Assembly (NCBI GenBank): GCA_964526225.1
Contig: CAZGLL010000004.1
Span: 3,455-67,454, forward strand
Direction of reading: 5' to 3'
Origin: an uncultured Desulfurococcales archaeon
Lineage (GTDB): Archaea > Thermoproteota > Thermoprotei_A > EX4484-217-1
DNA: 64,000 nucleotides
Position 1 is the first letter of the stretch; each line of letters starts with the position of its first letter. The notes under the pieces are model-generated. The model had not been told where the DNA came from, ran no database searches, and saw only the letters and a program-made list of their open reading frames with translations. Made by a program: the position numbers and the translations under genes. This document shows, one piece after another, positions 9,732-19,744 of this stretch.

Positions 9732-10708
9732 AGAATAGTAGCTTTAGCTCCAGAATTTCTAACTTCAGTTATGTATCCGAAAAAGTCAAAATCAAAAGCC
9801 TCTATAGCTTTTAAAAGTATGTTTCTAGCTCTTCTATAGCCCTTAACTAAACAGTATGCTGTCGGACCCCAGCTACTTTGCCCATATCCTTCACAGCCTA
9901 ATTTACTAAAAATGTTCACTACGGTTTCTGTTTCTTCACAACAAAATATTCCGCCTTGATATTTCGAAAAATACTTGCCAACAATTAGTTGAAGTTTAGT
10001 TAAAGCTTTACCAAATAACGTTATATCTTTCTCTACAATTGAGGGTATTATTTTCTCTAGGAGAATTTCGTAAAGTTCACGTTGCAAACTTCTAGGAGGT
10101 ATCGGTGGTTTGCTGAGAATACTTTCTTCTTCTATTTCTGAAAGACCTCTTCTCCTAATTGGAGTTATAACTAAAAACTTCCAGCTCTTTGGAATATTAG
10201 CTCTAAAAATTACAGCTGGAATATCGTTTGGAGTAGTAGGTTTTCTAAGAATCCCGTTTGTGGGCTTTTTCCTTCCCGAATCAACAATAAAACCTCCTCT
10301 TTCGAATGCTGCAATACCTATACCTGATACATCACCTCTACCTAAAATTGACGCTAAATCTCTTATTCCGATATTTAGTTTTAAGAGCTTCTTGAAAGCC
10401 AAAGCTACGGCTAAAAGTGTTTGCGTTGTTGACCCGAGTCCGACATGTTTTGGTAGAATTTTTTCGAATACTACAGAATATCCTTTAACACCTAGTTTTC
10501 TAGCAACATCACTAACTAGTTTTCCATAGTACTCACTATTTATGGGCGATTCTACATTTATTCCCTTTTGAAGTGAAGCTTTAAGAACAAGTTCTGGTTG
10601 CTTTATTGCTACACCTATGCTTCCATAGACTCTGTTTTCGCTTACAAAATTATAGAATCCTAAATGTAGCCTAGCTGAAGTTACAACCTCTACGATTGCT
10701 TTAGCCAT
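9722..10708 (-). CDS. mptG: Beta-ribofuranosylaminobenzene 5'-phosphate synthase (GHMP kinase fold)
   Basis: ARLHLG, HVGLGSTTQ, GRGDVSGIG, GGFIVDSG and GQSSWGPT motifs. Confidence 0.9.
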   Translation of the reverse strand: MAKAIVEVVTSARLHLGFYNFVSENRVYGSIGVAIKQPELVLKASLQKGINVESPINSEYYGKLVSDVARKLGVKGYSVVFEKILPKHVGLGSTTQTLLAVALAFKKLLKLNIGIRDLASILGRGDVSGIGIAAFERGGFIVDSGRKKPTNGILRKPTTPNDIPAVIFRANIPKSWKFLVITPIRRRGLSEIEEESILSKPPIPPRSLQRELYEILLEKIIPSIVEKDITLFGKALTKLQLIVGKYFSKYQGGIFCCEETETVVNIFSKLGCEGYGQSSWGPTAYCLVKGYRRARNILLKAIEAFDFDFFGYITEVRNSGAKATILYV

Positions 10709-10725
10709 GCTACTCCAACCCTATT

Positions 10726-12306
10726 TTAAAAAGGTATTTTTCTTTTGCGAAAGAGCGTTCTTTCTTGGACATAGTTTTTACCTATTATCAAGGCCTCCTC
10801 AGCTTTAGAAAGCTCTATTCCAAGATAGAATGCGTGTGAAAGCGTTGAGACAAGATTTCTCCTTAAAATTTCATCTCTAATTTCTCTGGCTGTTTTCCCT
10901 CTAATCAATATTTTCCCCTTTCTCCCTATATATAGGGCTTCGATAACTTCATCTTCATGGTTGACTCTAATTTTAAACACACCTAAGGGATCTAGTTCAT
11001 ATTCTTTTTCGCTCTTCTGCGCTTCAACAATTTCCGCTCCTTCAACATCTAGAGGGGTTTCAATCCTCCTTTTATCTTTAAGTATCAACAGATCTATTCC
11101 AAGATCTTTTGGCGGAGAGTTTTTAATCCAAGCTAAAGAGGCCATACGTGCTGCAATGGACGCTTCATAGGTTGATCCTTGTGCTTTACAGCTTTTTTCG
11201 ACAACAAGCACTAAACTTACACCTATTTCTGCAGCTAACATTACAAGTAATGCGTTTGAACCTACAGTATCTGCATCTAAAAGCTCTACAACATTACCTA
11301 TACCAATAAGCATAGGTATTTTCGGATATTTCTTCTTAAAGATATAGTACGCTAGAAGGGATTGAAATGAGCTTTTAGAGTTTATAGGGTCAAGTATCGG
11401 ATCAGCAATTATCTTTTCAACATTATGTTGTAATGCTTTACCGATATTTTCTTCTAAGAGCTTAAATTTTTCCTCAGCAGTTTTAGGTTGTACTGGGAGT
11501 TTTGAATCATAAGCTATAATTACGACAGGGATTTCAGTGACATATTTAGCTACTTTTCCAATATTACTTGCTTCAAGGCTCATAACCATGTCTGCTCCAG
11601 CTTCAACAGCAGCTATTATTTCGCTGGGAATTATCGAATCTACGGCTATAGGCACTGAAAGTTCCTTTTTAAGAAATCTAATGGTTTCTCTAACCTTTTC
11701 AGCATGTGATATTCCTGCTTCAAAACCTATGCTTAAAATGTCTGCTCCTTCATTAACGAGCTTCCCTGCTTTCTTAAGAAGTTTATCTCGTGATAATAAG
11801 TGAGCTTCAGTTATTTCGGCAATAACCCTTATAGGCGGTGGTGTTGCAGGAACAATAACATTACCTACGATTAAATGTGGTTTTTCAACAATAGATTTTT
11901 CCAATTCCTCTAAGAGCTTCCTATTTGAATTCAAAATTTCTTCTTCAATAAGTTCGTCAGCGGGTTTATCGGGTGATAGCTTGTTTAAGTCCTTCAACGA
12001 AAATATTGCTGGTATATCTGTTGCTTGAAGTGTGCCTTTAACGGCCTTTATACCTACTGTTTCCTCTATTACTTTCGCTGAACCTGTAGAAGCTCCAGGA
12101 ATAAGTATCAAATCGTAATCTCCCTTTTTAACACCAACCTTCTTCAAATAGTTAGCTATAAGCTCTGTTGTCGCTAATGCTGCAACCGCTATAGGTAATT
12201 CCAGAACATCTACTTGGTAAGGTCCTGCTACCGATTCAATAGCCTTTCTAACAACTGGTGCTGCAAGTTTACCTGTAACTACTAAGATTTTCAAAGCAGG
12301 GCACAC
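10726..12306 (-). CDS. Dihydropteroate synthase-related protein (MJ0107/Orf20 type, with a C-terminal DUF4346-like domain)
   Basis: N-terminal VTGKLA domain, a pterin-binding TIM barrel (IADPILDP, GIGNVVELLDAD, PPKDLGIDLL) and a C-terminal HAFYLGIELSKAE. Confidence 0.85.
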   Translation of the reverse strand: MCPALKILVVTGKLAAPVVRKAIESVAGPYQVDVLELPIAVAALATTELIANYLKKVGVKKGDYDLILIPGASTGSAKVIEETVGIKAVKGTLQATDIPAIFSLKDLNKLSPDKPADELIEEEILNSNRKLLEELEKSIVEKPHLIVGNVIVPATPPPIRVIAEITEAHLLSRDKLLKKAGKLVNEGADILSIGFEAGISHAEKVRETIRFLKKELSVPIAVDSIIPSEIIAAVEAGADMVMSLEASNIGKVAKYVTEIPVVIIAYDSKLPVQPKTAEEKFKLLEENIGKALQHNVEKIIADPILDPINSKSSFQSLLAYYIFKKKYPKIPMLIGIGNVVELLDADTVGSNALLVMLAAEIGVSLVLVVEKSCKAQGSTYEASIAARMASLAWIKNSPPKDLGIDLLILKDKRRIETPLDVEGAEIVEAQKSEKEYELDPLGVFKIRVNHEDEVIEALYIGRKGKILIRGKTAREIRDEILRRNLVSTLSHAFYLGIELSKAEEALIIGKNYVQERTLFRKRKIPF

Positions 12307-12356
12307 TCACGATATATCCTATGACTATCGAAAACTACTAGTTTATTTTATTTTCC

Positions 12357-13142
12357 CTACTGAATAATATTTTCTACTTCGAAATAGTCTAGATGTTTAA
12401 CATTAAAATTTTTAATACGGCTCTTACCTAGTGTAAATACCTTATTTACAGCTACTTTCGCAATGAGCTCCTTAGCTATTTGGAACTTCTTCTTCTTGGT
12501 CTCCCACGCTTTTATGTTATGTTTAAGCCAGGGTTTAGAGTATTTTCCAACGATTTCGCCAAAATCCATTGCTACTAAGAATATTTTTGATGCACTAAAT
12601 TTTAACGCTAAAAATAGAGCTCTATCGCCATCAGTGAATCCGCCATAGTTTTCAACGCACCCTTCAGGTTCTAGCTGAGTAGTGTAAATACTGTAGGGAA
12701 AAAGTTTACCTAAATACTTCCTTAACGCTGAAATATTATCCCCATGAGCATGAATGACCATTACTGCCCCATTAAATGCTGCTTTAAATAACGCTTCGAA
12801 ATCTCCATCTAAGTCTGTAACTACAATGTCAGGATATATTCCGTAATCTATTAGAGCTTTTGTTGCGCCGTCAACGCTTACTATTGTTATTTTAGATTTT
12901 CTTTTAAAGAGTATTTCTCTTAAACCTTCAATATCGTCCTCTAGTGTTGGTGAAGCGCCGAAAATAAATATGTTTCTTCGATGGATTTTTTGAAAGATTT
13001 TTCTAAAATTGGTTCTTGTAAATGAACAATTTATTTTCGCTGCTACAAAGCTTCTCGCTCTTAGATCGTCTAACGTATTTACATTAATTATTCTTTTAAC
13101 TACTAAGTAGTAATCGAAAATAGCTTCTCTGTTTAAAAGCAT
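12357..13142 (-). CDS. mptE: 6-hydroxymethyl-7,8-dihydropterin pyrophosphokinase MptE
   Basis: VDGAT, VTDLDG, HAHGDN and GGFTDGDRA motifs. Confidence 0.88.
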   Translation of the reverse strand: MLLNREAIFDYYLVVKRIINVNTLDDLRARSFVAAKINCSFTRTNFRKIFQKIHRRNIFIFGASPTLEDDIEGLREILFKRKSKITIVSVDGATKALIDYGIYPDIVVTDLDGDFEALFKAAFNGAVMVIHAHGDNISALRKYLGKLFPYSIYTTQLEPEGCVENYGGFTDGDRALFLALKFSASKIFLVAMDFGEIVGKYSKPWLKHNIKAWETKKKKFQIAKELIAKVAVNKVFTLGKSRIKNFNVKHLDYFEVENIIQ

Positions 13143-13222
13143 CTAGACACCCTTCAACCGAGAATACATCAGCTAAACTATTTAAGAGGTTTTATAGAAT
13201 TACCCTAAAAGGGCAAGCATCC

Positions 13223-14665
13223 TTGAATAAAAGCTTAGTGATATTAGGAGCCTTAGGTAGAATAGTGCTTGCCCTAGGGATGTTGCTTTTAGTACCTATA
13301 CCTATCGCTATGGTTTACGGCGAGTATACGTTAATAAAATACTTTCTATATCCCTCATCTATATCCCTCCTAATAGGTTTAGTTCTTACATTAGCAATTT
13401 CCTTGTCATTTAGGGATGTAGGGCTTTTTGAAGCAATGGCTATTTCTGCTTTAGGATGGATTATCGCTTCGATAATAGGTTCTATACCTTACATTTACAT
13501 TTTAAAAATGAGTCCTGTTGATGCGTTTTTCGAAACAATGTCAGGATTTACAACTACAGGTATGACTTTAATCAAAATTATTGAGGGTAAACCATACTCT
13601 ATTCTTTTCTGGAGAGCTTTTACCCAATGGATTGGTGGTGTGGGAATAATCCTCTTTTTTATAGTAATGTTCGCTGGTGGAGGTGCTCCAGGTCTCAGAA
13701 GACTATATATGGCTGAAGCAAGAGAGGAAAAGCTAACCGTTTCTACATGGCACACTGTTAAGTATATTTGGATAATATATTTCGCATATTCAGCACTATG
13801 TACGATAGCTCTATGGCTTGCCGGTATGAATCCTTACGAAGCAATTACGCATACGTTTACGGTTCTTTCAACGGGAGGGTTCTCTACAAGAACTGCAAGT
13901 ATAGCTGCTTTCAATAGCTTAACTATAGAGATAGTACTAATAGTTTTCATGATTATTGGGGGCATAAGCTTTTTAGCTCACTACACTTTGTTCACAAAGG
14001 GCTTGAGAAACTTTCTAAGACATTATGAAGTTAAGGCCATATTTTTAATAATAGGTTTATCTACTGCAGTAGTAACCTACGATTTAGTAATTCATGGAGT
14101 AGATGTTTTTAGAGCGTTAAGGGAATCCCTATTTCAAGTAGTTTCGATAATGACAACAACAGGATATACGACAATAGACATAAACGCTCTACCTCCATTA
14201 TCTAAAGCAGTAATAACCATTCTAATGTTCATAGGCGGCGGTGCCGGTTCAACAGCAGGGGCAATTAAGGTAGCTAGGATAGTTATTGCTCTTAAAGCTG
14301 TTAGTTACGAATTAAACAAACTATTACTACCAAGAGGCTCCGAGAAGCCCCTTAGAATAGGTTTTAGAGTTTTACAAGAAGAAGACGCCTTAAGAATAAC
14401 GTCATTCATAATAGCCTACTTAGTCTTTTATGTTGCAGGAGTTCTGATACTTACTTTTAGAGGGATAGATGTTTTCTCAGCTATGTCGGCAGTAGCTTCA
14501 GCTCAAGGTAATGTTGGTCCGGCATTCATCTCCCTATTTGACCTCGACGACGTTTCTAAACTGGTTTTAGCTTTAGAAATGTGGGTTGGTAGATTAGAAG
14601 TACTCCCGGTCCTAGCGCTTTTAAACTTTAAAGCTTGGAGAAGTGTTTTAGGGGGAACTAGCTAA
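13223..14665 (+). CDS. trkH: TrkH potassium uptake membrane protein
   Basis: FETMSGFTTTG, STGGFS, TTTGY, GSTAGAIK and GNVGP pore motifs. Confidence 0.93.
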   Translation: MNKSLVILGALGRIVLALGMLLLVPIPIAMVYGEYTLIKYFLYPSSISLLIGLVLTLAISLSFRDVGLFEAMAISALGWIIASIIGSIPYIYILKMSPVDAFFETMSGFTTTGMTLIKIIEGKPYSILFWRAFTQWIGGVGIILFFIVMFAGGGAPGLRRLYMAEAREEKLTVSTWHTVKYIWIIYFAYSALCTIALWLAGMNPYEAITHTFTVLSTGGFSTRTASIAAFNSLTIEIVLIVFMIIGGISFLAHYTLFTKGLRNFLRHYEVKAIFLIIGLSTAVVTYDLVIHGVDVFRALRESLFQVVSIMTTTGYTTIDINALPPLSKAVITILMFIGGGAGSTAGAIKVARIVIALKAVSYELNKLLLPRGSEKPLRIGFRVLQEEDALRITSFIIAYLVFYVAGVLILTFRGIDVFSAMSAVASAQGNVGPAFISLFDLDDVSKLVLALEMWVGRLEVLPVLALLNFKAWRSVLGGTS

Positions 14666-14673
14666 ACTATAGT

Positions 14674-15843
14674 GTGAAAGCGGAAATGGAAGGAATAGCT
14701 GATCTACCACTACATGAAGGACACGTACCTCTATGGCTACTTAGGCTTATGAGAAAACTAGCTAAGGCTATAGTTGAAATATTCATTTTAGAGTATGGTC
14801 CGGACAGACTTGTTGAAAGGCTGGCTGATCCATTATGGTTCCAAGCTTTCAATAATGTAATAGGTATGGACTGGGATAGTAGTGGATCAACAACAGTTAC
14901 CTTAGCCATGCTTAGATCTGTTCTTAACAATGGAGAATATGGTGTTTTAGTTTTAGGAGGTAAAGGCTCTAAAGCTAAGTCGGTGCCTGAAGAAATAAAC
15001 TATGCTGTAGAGAAGCTTAGCTTACCTAGTAGGCTAAGCGACAAGCTTAAGAAAGCCTCTAGATTAGTTGCTAAGGTTGATTCTGCTCTTGTTCAAGACG
15101 GCTACTCAATATATATTCATTCCCTCATAGTTTCTGAGAATGCTAAGTGGGCCATTGTACAGCAGGGAATGAATGTAAACTTGAAAATGGCGAGAAGATA
15201 TCATTGGCTTTCAGATAATTTAGAAAGCTATGTTAGAGAACCGCATAGCGGAATTCTCACGTTGAATATGGAAAAAGCTGTGCTAAACCTTGTGGATAGG
15301 AATGTTGAAGGTGCTCGAAAAACCATTGTTGATTTAGCTAAGGAAAGCCCGTCAGCAATAGTTAACATGTATAGGGATGCATTAAATGCGTTAAGAAAAC
15401 AAACCACACTTTACCCGGAAGCCTCAATAGTACGCGTAGATCCCGTTAAGAAACAGATATACTATGCTCCAATAACTTCAATAAACACTTTAGCTGAAAG
15501 AATAGCAAGAATTAAGGAGGTTTCACCTAGAAACCTAGAAGAGCTCTTATTAGTAAGAGGAGTTGGTGCTTCAACCATTAAAGCTCTCGCATTAATCTCA
15601 GATCTAATATTCAATGAACCACCCTCATATCGTGATCCAGCCAACTACATTTACGATCCATTTAGATACACTTTCGCCGTTGGGGGAAAGGATGGAGTAC
15701 CGTACCCGGTAAATAGGAAGGTTATGGAGGAAACCATTGTTACACTTGAAAACATAATTAAGGAGGCAAAAATCAGTCCTAAAGATAAAAGAAGAGCTTT
15801 AAATAGACTAAAATCGTTGAGGGCAATGGTTCATGAAAAATGA
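14674..15843 (+). CDS. DUF763 family protein
   Basis: ADLPLH, MDWDSSG, KVDSALVQDGY, ARRYHW and GGKDGVPYPV motifs. Confidence 0.85.
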   Translation: MKAEMEGIADLPLHEGHVPLWLLRLMRKLAKAIVEIFILEYGPDRLVERLADPLWFQAFNNVIGMDWDSSGSTTVTLAMLRSVLNNGEYGVLVLGGKGSKAKSVPEEINYAVEKLSLPSRLSDKLKKASRLVAKVDSALVQDGYSIYIHSLIVSENAKWAIVQQGMNVNLKMARRYHWLSDNLESYVREPHSGILTLNMEKAVLNLVDRNVEGARKTIVDLAKESPSAIVNMYRDALNALRKQTTLYPEASIVRVDPVKKQIYYAPITSINTLAERIARIKEVSPRNLEELLLVRGVGASTIKALALISDLIFNEPPSYRDPANYIYDPFRYTFAVGGKDGVPYPVNRKVMEETIVTLENIIKEAKISPKDKRRALNRLKSLRAMVHEK

Positions 15844-16486
15844 TATTTTTAGAACCCTTTTAGATCTAGGCTTCTCCGAAGACACTTTCTCAGAGGTAAT
15901 TGCTGTAACAAGGTTTGAAAATATGTGGAACTGTTCCCCACTTGGTGTAAAACTTAATTCAGAGAACAAAACATTGCACTTCTATGTTTATGAAGGAGCA
16001 AGAATACTTAGCTTCCTTAGTAAACGAAACCTATTTACGCTAAATGTTGTTAACGAGTATTCGGCTTTTTTAAATTGCATTTTCAAAAGAAATATTGAAA
16101 ATGAAATACGAAAAATAACCAATACATTGGGATATTTGAGAATAGCTGATGCTTATATTGTATGTGAAAATAGCTTACCTATAAAGGTTAGTAAAGATAA
16201 GTACTTGGTCAATGCGTTTGCTAAAGAAATAGTTATTCTTAGAAACAAGCCTAGAGCATTTAATAGGGTATTGCCAGCAGTAATCGAAGCATTAATATGC
16301 TACACAAAGATTAAACCTTATAGTAAAGTGTATGGTTTCTCATCAGTATTGGAGCTTCTGGAAAGAATAAGGTACTGTAAAGATATAGTGGATCATGCGA
16401 CATCGAATTCTGAAGCTAAAAGAGCGATTGATTTCATTTATGAGGAAGCAGTTAAGCTTGCAAATAACCTAAGGGAGGATAGATAA
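15833..16486 (+). CDS. DUF447 family protein (split-barrel, Orf22-like)
   Basis: SEVIAVT, NCSPLGV and FNRVLPAVIEALI patterns, located next to the citG-like gene. Confidence 0.7.
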   Translation: MKNDIFRTLLDLGFSEDTFSEVIAVTRFENMWNCSPLGVKLNSENKTLHFYVYEGARILSFLSKRNLFTLNVVNEYSAFLNCIFKRNIENEIRKITNTLGYLRIADAYIVCENSLPIKVSKDKYLVNAFAKEIVILRNKPRAFNRVLPAVIEALICYTKIKPYSKVYGFSSVLELLERIRYCKDIVDHATSNSEAKRAIDFIYEEAVKLANNLREDR

Positions 16487-16489
16487 TAC

Positions 16490-17437
16490 ATGTACATGAG
16501 CACCATAGAGCGGCTATTAACATCTTCAGTAGCCGCTCTAATACTTGAAGTTGTAGCTACACCTAAACCTGGGAACGTACATAGGTACCATAGTTATGAA
16601 GATATGGGATTAGAGCATTTCATAGTTTCATCTTCGGCATCAATATGGTGTTTTCGCAAGCTCCTAATAGCCACATTAAATAGTGGCTTACGTAGGGAAA
16701 CTTATGTTCCAGGTATTGGTGAAACAATACTGTGTTGTGTGAGGAACTCTAAAAAGTGGCATAGAGGAGGAAATGTAAACCTAGGTACTTCAACAATACT
16801 TTCAATATTATTACCCTCAATACTACTTACTGAAATAATTCATAACAAAGTGATCATGGAGGACCTTTCATTTACAGCTAAAAGTGTTGTTAAAAACACC
16901 ACTGTTGATGATGCTGTAAAATACTATGAAGCAATAAGAACTGCTTCTCCAAGATATTTAGGTAGAGTAAATAATGCTCCAATACCTGACGTTTACGATG
17001 AAAATTTTGAACATAAAATAAGAAGTAATAAAGTCACATTATACGATGTTTTAAAGTATGCATCATCCGAAGATATAGTTTCTAGAACTTGCGTTAACGG
17101 GCTAAAGGAAATCATCGAAGGCTATAACTATTTAAAAACGTTCTTCAGAAGGTATGGTGATATAAATAATGCAATAGTTCTTACCTATCTTAAACTTCTA
17201 AGTAAGTATGATGATTTCATAGTTTTAAGAAAGCATGGAAGAAAAGTAAGCTCATATGTGAAGAATAGAGCTTCCGAAATCGTTAAGTTAATAGAGGAGG
17301 ACTTCGATAGAGGCTTTAGTGCACTTAAACGGTTCGATAATGAACTTTTCATTAGAAAAATTAATCCGGGAAGCATCGCTGATATAACAGCGGTATCAAT
17401 AACTTTGGCATTATTCATGAATGAAGTAAAGGTGTAA
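16490..17437 (+). CDS. Triphosphoribosyl-dephospho-CoA synthase CitG-like protein
   Basis: LEVVATPKPGNVHR, NVNLG, RKHG and NPGSIAD motifs. Confidence 0.85.
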   Translation: MYMSTIERLLTSSVAALILEVVATPKPGNVHRYHSYEDMGLEHFIVSSSASIWCFRKLLIATLNSGLRRETYVPGIGETILCCVRNSKKWHRGGNVNLGTSTILSILLPSILLTEIIHNKVIMEDLSFTAKSVVKNTTVDDAVKYYEAIRTASPRYLGRVNNAPIPDVYDENFEHKIRSNKVTLYDVLKYASSEDIVSRTCVNGLKEIIEGYNYLKTFFRRYGDINNAIVLTYLKLLSKYDDFIVLRKHGRKVSSYVKNRASEIVKLIEEDFDRGFSALKRFDNELFIRKINPGSIADITAVSITLALFMNEVKV

Positions 17438-17454
17438 GGTGGGGTTTAGATTAA

Positions 17455-18537
17455 TTGAATATTAGAGCTATAACGTTAATGGTAGGAGAGATATATGGAA
17501 AAGATATTCATGAAGCAGAAAGCATAGTGGAAAACGTTGTTTCGAAATTTATAGTGCTATTGGATGAGTTAAAGAAAAAATTTAAAGTATGGACAATAAG
17601 GCTTTCTTTACCATATGTAAACCCCAATATAAAGGATGTTGAAAAGTACGCTAGCGTATTTGAGAATATTGCGGAAAAGTATTCAATAGATTTTGTTTCA
17701 TCACTTCACTTTAGATCAAATGATAGTAGAATATGGAGCATACCAGGTGCTTTACTTAATAATGAGAAAACCTTTGGAAGCATTGTATTGAAAGGATACG
17801 ATGATTTATTACCTATTGCTAAAATATTTGAAAACCTTAACGAAGATAATGGATATAAATTAGTGGCTATTTGGGGAGAAACGTTAACACCATACTTTCC
17901 AGCGTCAAGAGCTCCAATAGGTTCAAACGGGATAACATATACACCATTTATTGTTGAAGAATATTTAGCATTTAAAGATGTTGAACATGCTGAAGAAAAA
18001 ATTGCCACTAAACTCTTCCAAGTAAACTCCCAAATTGAAAATTTAGCGGAAAAATACAGTCTTAAATTCTTTGGTGTAGACGTTTCACCCAGTCCATGGA
18101 TGGATATAAGTGTTGCTAAAGTTATAGAACGTCTTGGAGGAGTACGTTTTGGAGAATACGGAACTCTATATGGGGTGTGGTTGTTAAGCAAGTCTATCAG
18201 CAATATTACGTTAAAATTACAGAGTAAAACAACAGGTTTCAATGAGATAATGCTTCCGGTTGCTGAAGATAATGTGTTAAAGGAGAGAGCTATTGAGGGA
18301 ACATATAGTGTAAAAGATTTAGTTCAATACTCTTTCGCATGCGTTTATGGTTTGGACATGGTTCCTATAGCTAAACCTGTAGGATACCGAAAAATAATGA
18401 GAATACTTTACGATTTAAAAGTTGCAAGCGAAGTTAAAAAGAAACCTGTAGGTTTTAGAATAATCCCAGTAAACGCAGAACCTGGCTCAATTATTGACCT
18501 TGGATTTTTCGGCCATACTCCAGTGTTCAAACTTTAG
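17455..18537 (+). CDS. DUF711 family protein
   Basis: TPYFPA, GVDVSPSPW, GFNEIMLPVAED and GLDMVP motifs. Confidence 0.75.
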   Translation: MNIRAITLMVGEIYGKDIHEAESIVENVVSKFIVLLDELKKKFKVWTIRLSLPYVNPNIKDVEKYASVFENIAEKYSIDFVSSLHFRSNDSRIWSIPGALLNNEKTFGSIVLKGYDDLLPIAKIFENLNEDNGYKLVAIWGETLTPYFPASRAPIGSNGITYTPFIVEEYLAFKDVEHAEEKIATKLFQVNSQIENLAEKYSLKFFGVDVSPSPWMDISVAKVIERLGGVRFGEYGTLYGVWLLSKSISNITLKLQSKTTGFNEIMLPVAEDNVLKERAIEGTYSVKDLVQYSFACVYGLDMVPIAKPVGYRKIMRILYDLKVASEVKKKPVGFRIIPVNAEPGSIIDLGFFGHTPVFKL

Positions 18538-18586
18538 CATTGAATGATAATCTTTAATTAATAAAAGTCGTAGTTATTGTTTCTAG

Positions 18587-19744
18587 GTGAAGTTTTTGAC
18601 AAAACTGCTTCAACTCTACCCTAAATACGGTATAAGAATTGTTAAAGGCTATATGCAATACGTTTGGGATGATAAGGGAAATAAGTACATAGACCTTCAT
18701 ACGGGATATGGAACAGCATTTCTAGGTCATTCAAACCCAAAAATAGTGGAAAGAATTTATCGGCAAATGAAAGAAATTATGGTTGCTTCATACTCCTTCG
18801 ACGTTAACTCAAGAGATGAAAGCATTAAAGCTCTCTCTAAAATTCTCCCTAAAAAACTAGAATACGTTTTCTTCCAAAATAGTGGAACTGAAGCTGTTGA
18901 AGCTGCATTGAAATTTTCTAGGAAACATACTAAAAGGAAAAAGTTCATAGCCTTCACAAACTCCTTCCACGGAAGAACTATGGGCTCTCTTTCATTAACG
19001 TGGAATCCTAAATATAGGAAACCCTTCTTTGCCGAATCAGAGGATGTTGTTTTTCTTAGGTTTAATTGTGTTTTTGATGTTGAGAGGTTTGTTGATGAGG
19101 GGGTGGCTGCTGTTGTTGTTGAGGTTGTTCAGGGTGAAGGGGGATTAAACGTTGCCACACCCGAATTCCTAAAGGCAATAAGGGAAAAATGCGGCGAAGT
19201 AGGCTGCGTAACAATATTCGACGAAGTACAAACAGGATTCGGAAGAACAGGAAAAACATGGGCACACCAACACTACAACATAGAACCGGACATTCTAGTT
19301 GCTGGTAAGGCTATTGGCGGAGGCTTTCCTGTAAGTTTAGTAGTTACTTCTAGTGAAATTGGAGAATCTTTGGAGTTAGGGGAACATGGAACAACCTATG
19401 GTGGTAATCCTGTTGCGTGCGCAGCTGTTTCAGCGTCAATAGATGTTTTATTAGAAGATGATGTTGCAGATAAGGCTCGTGCAGCTGGTGAGTACTTCAG
19501 AAAGAAACTTAGTGAGATAGTTTCAAGAGAAAAACTGAAAGGTTTAGGATTAATGATTGGAATAGATATTGGCGAGAACCCTGAGTTCGCGATTAAATCA
19601 TTACTTAATGAGAAAATAATTTCGTTAAAAGCAGGAGAAACAGTGCTAAGATTTCTACCTCCCTACATGATAACCAAGGAGGATATAGAGCATATAGTTG
19701 AGGCATTAAATAAGGTGTTGAGGAAGGAAAGCTATTCATCATAG
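18587..19744 (+). CDS. lysJ: Class III PLP aminotransferase, [LysW]-aminoadipate/glutamate semialdehyde transaminase (LysJ/ArgD)
   Basis: NSGTEAVE, FHGRT, VQGEGG, DEVQTGFGRTG, GKAIGGG and HGTTYGGNP motifs. Confidence 0.8.
   Translation: MKFLTKLLQLYPKYGIRIVKGYMQYVWDDKGNKYIDLHTGYGTAFLGHSNPKIVERIYRQMKEIMVASYSFDVNSRDESIKALSKILPKKLEYVFFQNSGTEAVEAALKFSRKHTKRKKFIAFTNSFHGRTMGSLSLTWNPKYRKPFFAESEDVVFLRFNCVFDVERFVDEGVAAVVVEVVQGEGGLNVATPEFLKAIREKCGEVGCVTIFDEVQTGFGRTGKTWAHQHYNIEPDILVAGKAIGGGFPVSLVVTSSEIGESLELGEHGTTYGGNPVACAAVSASIDVLLEDDVADKARAAGEYFRKKLSEIVSREKLKGLGLMIGIDIGENPEFAIKSLLNEKIISLKAGETVLRFLPPYMITKEDIEHIVEALNKVLRKESYSS

Noticed and set aside
19062..19265. Minus-strand Gln-rich 67-aa ORF
   Set aside because: It is an antisense artefact of the GTT-rich codons in lysJ.
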